Below are positions 6,617 through 10,762 of a DNA stretch of 10,762 nucleotides, in pieces. The notes beneath the pieces are model-generated. The model made no database searches, was not told the DNA's origin, and saw only the letters and a list, made by a program, of their open reading frames with translations. The first letter of the stretch is position 1; the number at the start of each line of letters is the position of its first letter. The position numbers were made by a program, and so were the translations under genes. Location: IMG/VR virus record IMGVR_UViG_3300005977_000052, positions 1 to 10,762 of that record; one strand, given 5' to 3'.

Positions 6617-7273
6617 ATGGCATATAATAAAAAACAAAACGAAGTCCCTACTCCTGAACAATTCCAGTTCATTGTCTATAAAGAGGTATGCATGGGGGAC
6701 AAAAGCCTTGTACATCCTACTTTGGCTATAGAGAGGCTGAACACTGTAATGCTTACCTATTACACCGACGAGATAGAAGAGTTATGGAGGGAATTAGTCC
6801 TAAAAAGATATGAGAATGCGACATCTGAGGACGAACTAAGGCAGATACTAAAGATCGGTTGCGATATAATGTTTATCGTAATGAACGCGTCTGGCGAGGA
6901 CGTTAAGTCGTTAGTAACGAAAATACTGAACAGCACAAGGAAAAAACATCTGTTTTATGTTAACGAAGAAGGACTAGTTGCTGAAAGCTCGTATCTTATA
7001 GACGTGCTGACAAGGTTTGTGAACCCCAACGGGTTCGACGTGTTGACTGTCCTAAGCATACTAAAGGACGTGCAAATTAGGACGGCTACTATGATTAGCA
7101 GTATTAAGGGGACGTCGCTGTATCAGTCGCTTGTAAGTGAACTAGGAATAGATGAAAATGTCATTGAGAAAAAATGCACGGCGAAGTACTATAGGGAATG
7201 CGTAACTGAGAAGAAAACACAATTGCTGAAAGCGTTGCAGTTTATCAGGATGAATATAAATATTCCGCGTTAA
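6617..7273 (+). CDS. Hypothetical helical protein, 218 aa
   Basis: RBS GAGGTGG upstream; last gene of the operon. Confidence 0.8.
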   Translation: MAYNKKQNEVPTPEQFQFIVYKEVCMGDKSLVHPTLAIERLNTVMLTYYTDEIEELWRELVLKRYENATSEDELRQILKIGCDIMFIVMNASGEDVKSLVTKILNSTRKKHLFYVNEEGLVAESSYLIDVLTRFVNPNGFDVLTVLSILKDVQIRTATMISSIKGTSLYQSLVSELGIDENVIEKKCTAKYYRECVTEKKTQLLKALQFIRMNINIPR

Positions 7274-7336
7274 AGCTACAAGGATTTTCCAGTTCTAAAA
7301 GAGATCTGTACTCTTGGGCGAAAGATAAAATAATTT

Positions 7337-7353
7337 AAACAGCTGTTTTAAGA
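7337..7353. repeat. Palindrome AAACAGCTGTTT-TAAGA
   Basis: Seen directly. Confidence 0.95.
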
Positions 7354-7393
7354 CCTTATCCTTCGCTCCGTCGCCGTCCACCAATCACCTTGT

Positions 7394-7430
7394 TTACTGC
7401 CTAATTGGTTGAGGAAGAGAGTTTTAAATA
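7394..7430 (+). promoter_or_regulatory. Degenerate operator-like palindrome plus TATA, copy 5
   Basis: TTACTGCCTAAT-TG-GTTGAGGAAGAG (7394-7419), then TTTAAATA (7423-7430). Spacing is 1-2 nt longer than in copies 1-4. Confidence 0.6.
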
Positions 7431-7461
7431 TCGGTTTGGCATAAAAATATACTGACCTAAA

Positions 7462-8850
7462 ATGAGGATAGATATTCCAAAAAGTGACGGTACTACAATT
7501 TCGCTGTATCCATTAGATGAATATCTCTCTCATGTCCTTTTTGATCACTTCGTTTTAACTGGAGACTTTGTACGTCACGAAGAATTGTCAGACGAATATA
7601 ACGGATCATTGAAATTAGTTGACTATAAGCCTATGGCAACATTTAGTCCCGAGAATTCGCAAGGATATATGCCATTTATAATTAAAATGAGTACTTCACC
7701 CGAGGAATACTACAGTCTCGGATACCCAAAGGGAATAGTGCATTGTGGAGAAAAAACCATATACCTCAAATTAGGTGAGCTTAGCAGGAAAATCAAAAAA
7801 GTATACGATTACACAATTAGTAAGAGGATTGTCCATGTTAAAATAATACGAGGTAGTACAACTAAAGATTTTGATTTTGATGTGGTCATATTAAAGGACG
7901 GGTACTCTGCTGATCCGCGTTTCAAAGATGAGCGTATATCAGCTAAGAAAAAAATAAAAGAATTAATTCAAATGTTAGAATCTGAGATTCCTACAATCCG
8001 AGAAGATTTCAGGATCGAATATAATTTTTACACTTATCCAGATAATCCACTCCTATACCCACACATTTTACTCATCCCTAAATTGGTTATAAAGGAAATT
8101 TCCGATTTCTTATTATCTGAGTACGAACAAACTTATGGCATTGTTACAAAACTACCAGCAGAATTTGTACCTAATGAAAATGTTCATAGTCCTGAGTTGC
8201 TGAAATTCCTTAATAAGATACCATTTGAACTTTTTACCAAAGCGGTTATAGGCTTGTATGCCTCTCATCCTGCTGTACTATTACCCGAAGGTGACTATTC
8301 ACAATATCTCACGGGCAATGAGCGTGTGGTCAATATCAACCTAGCGAAAAACGTTGTCGTTGTAATAGTTTTTGGTAATTCTCAGGAACAACAAAACGTA
8401 GAGCAGAATAAGGAGGAAGAAAATAGAAATACTGAGGAAAATAAAGTAGAAAAAGTACCTAATAATGTTGTCGAAGGATTAGGTAAGGAAATCCAGTCTA
8501 TTTATGAATCAATAATTCAAGACGATTCAATAAACGTTGAGAAAAAGAAACATCGACTTAAGACACTGAACGAAGCCTTAGACGAACTAGGCAAAGCAAT
8601 ATTGGATGCATTAAAAAGTCAAACCCCGCTGAACGCTAATGAGCTAAGAAAATATACAGAAGATATAGTTAAAAGTGCTGGACTGTTATATACTAATAAT
8701 TTTAAGTATTACCTCAGTTATTATGAACGTTCTTTAAACGAAACTGCAGAGCTTGAAGTACTAGCTACACTTTTGGATTCTATTGGGAAAACAATGTATG
8801 ATATAGATAAAAAAATAAAAGAATATAATTCGCTACAATTAACATATTAA
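7462..8850 (+). CDS. Hypothetical 462-aa protein: globular N-terminus, E/N/K-rich linker, helical or coiled-coil C-terminus
   Basis: Longest ORF, with its own promoter. Linker QEQQNVEQNKEEENRNTEENKVEK. No family recognised. Confidence 0.85.
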   Translation: MRIDIPKSDGTTISLYPLDEYLSHVLFDHFVLTGDFVRHEELSDEYNGSLKLVDYKPMATFSPENSQGYMPFIIKMSTSPEEYYSLGYPKGIVHCGEKTIYLKLGELSRKIKKVYDYTISKRIVHVKIIRGSTTKDFDFDVVILKDGYSADPRFKDERISAKKKIKELIQMLESEIPTIREDFRIEYNFYTYPDNPLLYPHILLIPKLVIKEISDFLLSEYEQTYGIVTKLPAEFVPNENVHSPELLKFLNKIPFELFTKAVIGLYASHPAVLLPEGDYSQYLTGNERVVNINLAKNVVVVIVFGNSQEQQNVEQNKEEENRNTEENKVEKVPNNVVEGLGKEIQSIYESIIQDDSINVEKKKHRLKTLNEALDELGKAILDALKSQTPLNANELRKYTEDIVKSAGLLYTNNFKYYLSYYERSLNETAELEVLATLLDSIGKTMYDIDKKIKEYNSLQLTY

Positions 8851-8881
8851 ATTCAAAACTTTTTACAAAACAGGTAGTTAA

Positions 8882-8922
8882 GGGAGTGGAAAGCCTCGCC
8901 TTCAAGGTGGGGAGGAAGTCAG
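8882..8922 (+). mobile_element. Minimal IS200/IS605-type hairpin element
   Basis: GTTAA|GGGAGTGGAAAGCCTCGCCTTCAAGGTGGGGAGGAAGTCAG: stem CCTCGCC/GGTGGGG ending in GGAAGTCAG; lies between convergent genes. Confidence 0.75.
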
Positions 8923-8935
8923 CTTAAAAAAGAAT

Positions 8936-9184
8936 TTATCTTATATTGTATTTGTTTAGTTTTTTGGATAGTTCGTCCAAAAGACGTTTATCCATCAGTA
9001 AAATGTCTGTAATGTCATCAATATATTCGTTCACTATGTCTTCTAGATCAGTACGATCAAACTCCACATCATCAACGTCAACGTCAACATAATCTTTGAA
9101 GTCGTTGCATATGATCCCTTCTTGCTTATCGCAATCACAATTGTCCTCTAATCTACTATATTTTATGAACACTGGTACTTTCAT
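8936..9184 (-). CDS. Small highly acidic hypothetical protein, 82 aa
   Basis: 23 D/E in 82 aa by hand count. Own promoter TTTATATA (9217-9224, minus strand) and GTGAG RBS-like sequence. Confidence 0.85.
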   Translation of the reverse strand: MKVPVFIKYSRLEDNCDCDKQEGIICNDFKDYVDVDVDDVEFDRTDLEDIVNEYIDDITDILLMDKRLLDELSKKLNKYNIR

Positions 9185-9211
9185 TTAGCTCACACTATAA
9201 TACTATCAAAA

Positions 9212-9241
9212 ACTGGTATATAAACCTCAAACAGCTGTTTG
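9212..9241 (-). promoter_or_regulatory. Promoter with palindrome CAAACAGCTGTTTG next to the BRE/TATA
   Basis: Minus strand reads CAAACAGCTGTTTG-AGG-TTTATATA-CCAGT. The TATA-CCAGT context matches promoter copies 1 and 2. Confidence 0.8.
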
Positions 9242-9259
9242 TGAGAGCGGAATACGGGT

Positions 9260-9295
9260 CTGATCCCCCTGGGAGGGTGAGGTTTCCCGCTCATT
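9260..9295 (-). mobile_element. Possible third, decayed IS605-type end remnant
   Basis: Minus strand AATGAGCGGGAAACCTCACCCTCCCAGGGGGATCAG aligns loosely with AATGAACGGTAAGCCTCGACC...GTTAG at 4673-4715. Confidence 0.4.
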
Positions 9296-9959
9296 AACTT
9301 CCATTTAAAACTACGGAAAATATCGTAGTGTTTTGTGCATATATAACTAGAGTATTATCACATATGTACGATTTTACTTCTCCACCATCATGTGCCACTA
9401 TTATGCTTCCATTTATTGGGTAGTATAATGTCTGTTCTATCAGTGCTGTTCCATTTATTGTGATTTTTCCTTTTTGCACTGTTATATGCCCGTTATATAG
9501 TATCTGCCAGCCGTATTCCGATACACCATACGATGAGTTGTATATTACAGTAAAACTAGGATTTACGATAGGATATACCGTACCTGCAGGAGCGAATCCG
9601 CTTATAGATAAGACAGCAGTTTGAGTACTGTACAGGTAGAATGTAATTACATAGGGAGAGTTTTGTGAAATGGCAATAGTAGGATCTGGTGCCGTAACGT
9701 TTACTATAACATATTCGTGCGGTTTTAGGATTATTATGTTTTGGTACCAACGATGACTGTTAATTACCGGCACCAATACATATGTTTTATTGGTAGGGTT
9801 TTGTATGCATATCGTTAGCACGTTGTACTTATTTATTTCTCCTACGTCGTAGAAATCCAGTACCTTTGCATGCAATTGTGGTTGATAGAAAAAAATAGAA
9901 AACGTGAAAAGGGATGGTATTATAACTACTAACATTAGTATGATTTCAAACTTTTGCAT
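9294..9959 (-). CDS. Membrane-anchored extracellular beta-rich protein
   Basis: N-terminal TM/signal segment; many N-glycosylation sequons (NKT, NVT, NSS, NGT, NGS, NTT); 14-nt overlap with the upstream GT-C-like gene. Confidence 0.8.
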   Translation of the reverse strand: MQKFEIILMLVVIIPSLFTFSIFFYQPQLHAKVLDFYDVGEINKYNVLTICIQNPTNKTYVLVPVINSHRWYQNIIILKPHEYVIVNVTAPDPTIAISQNSPYVITFYLYSTQTAVLSISGFAPAGTVYPIVNPSFTVIYNSSYGVSEYGWQILYNGHITVQKGKITINGTALIEQTLYYPINGSIIVAHDGGEVKSYICDNTLVIYAQNTTIFSVVLNGS

Positions 9960-10762
9960 CTTTCATCATCCATACTGCATATTGTAATGCAAAATAAAAT
10001 GTAAAATATCCCAAATCTCTAAAAGAGAATATCCATATTAACGCCGGAAGACCCCAAGCTAATTCTTTCTTATTATTATATAGTAGGATTAATGCAAAAA
10101 GAGACACCTCAAGTACGGTATACACGAATGAGGGGATAGGTAAGCCGAACGCAGTAAGGAGTGAAAACGAAACGCCCTGCTGTGCAACAGGTTGTGTAAT
10201 AGTTATAACGGACGCAAGGTATTGCTTTGAAATGAAGGGTATTGATGAGAGCAGTAGCGGTAACGCGAATTCTATTATCTTTCTAAGTTTCTGTCTTTCA
10301 AATTTAATTAGAAGAATAGCTATCAGTATCGCAAACTGTTTTACGTCTGCAGAGATTCCTAGGAGCAGGTATCTGAATCTCTCATTAAGTAGGGCAAGAA
10401 ACGCAATAGAATATGCAAAAAGGTTCAGTTCTTGCCCTGTCGCAAAATCATATGAAAGTGCGGGAAATAGGAAAAAAGATGCGATGAAAGCGTTTTCGTG
10501 TCTTTTGAGGAAGGAATACGTGAAAGCTAAAACAGCTGTTATTACGTTTACTGTTTCAAGGTTATGCAAAACCGCAACGCTGATGAACGATAATGGGGGG
10601 TAAATATAGACGGTCGGCAGAAATGAGTTTGACGTAGTGCCGGTAACAACGTTATACGGAACGTGATATATGAAAAATGCTTTAGTCATTGAGTAAAGGT
10701 ACGGGTTTTTTCCGTCGAGGAATAAGTGTGACGCGTATAATATTGTTGCTTCTTCATCCGTG
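9946..10762 (-). CDS. Multi-pass membrane protein, GT-C fold glycosyltransferase-like (GT87/DUF2029-type); 5'-truncated
   Basis: Frame stays open beyond ATG 10689 to the window end and reads TDEEATILYASHLFLDGKNPYLYS-MTK. The TDE, G.NPY and Y.YPPL motifs, a later VKQF and multiple TM helices are typical of GT-C enzymes. Confidence 0.65.
   Translation of the reverse strand, partial: TDEEATILYASHLFLDGKNPYLYSMTKAFFIYHVPYNVVTGTTSNSFLPTVYIYPPLSFISVAVLHNLETVNVITAVLAFTYSFLKRHENAFIASFFLFPALSYDFATGQELNLFAYSIAFLALLNERFRYLLLGISADVKQFAILIAILLIKFERQKLRKIIEFALPLLLSSIPFISKQYLASVITITQPVAQQGVSFSLLTAFGLPIPSFVYTVLEVSLFALILLYNNKKELAWGLPALIWIFSFRDLGYFTFYFALQYAVWMMKDAKV

Noticed and set aside
5118-6715. Minus-strand ORFs 5118-5324, 5815-6105 and 6509-6715
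   Set aside because: Shadows of a tightly coupled plus-strand operon.
4673-8922. Functional TnpB omegaRNA/guide loci
   Set aside because: Only the terminal hairpin is present, there is no tnpB in the window, and I found no in-window target matching the sequences following the ends.
9072-9088. TCAACG tandem micro-repeat
   Set aside because: Under three units and simply encodes VDVDVD; no evidence of a contingency locus.
9556-10603. ORFs 9556-9750 (-) and 10232-10603 (+)
   Set aside because: Nested out-of-frame or antisense within membrane-protein genes; atypical composition.

Overview
AT-rich, gene-dense segment that reads as a Sulfolobales virus or integrated mobile element. Evidence: archaeal BRE/TATA promoters ~24-40 nt before starts, GGTG/GAGG RBSs, oligo-T terminators, Sulfolobus-type IS200/IS605 end hairpins and many orphan ORFs. 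A large spindle-shaped (bicaudavirus-like) virus is plausible but cannot be confirmed here. Recognisable products are a 5'-truncated tyrosine recombinase, an AbrB-like small regulator, a stand-alone PNKP-type HAD phosphatase and a 5'-truncated GT-C-type membrane glycosyltransferase. The most notable structure is non-coding. Downstream of the recombinase is a same-strand array of separately promoted gene modules divided by a conserved three-part intergenic unit: (i) a T-tract terminator, in three cases AAGCCAACCCGTTTTTT-like; (ii) the palindrome AAACAGCTGTTT(T)AAGA; (iii) a 26-bp imperfect palindrome TTTCAGCCTAAC-NN-GTTRGACAGAAA fixed 13 nt before a TATA box. Parts (ii) and (iii) recur before a distant 462-aa gene. 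Two genes in the array share a helical domain. This may be a co-regulated early/anti-defence regulon and possibly a recombinase-shuffled cassette array; both readings are inference.
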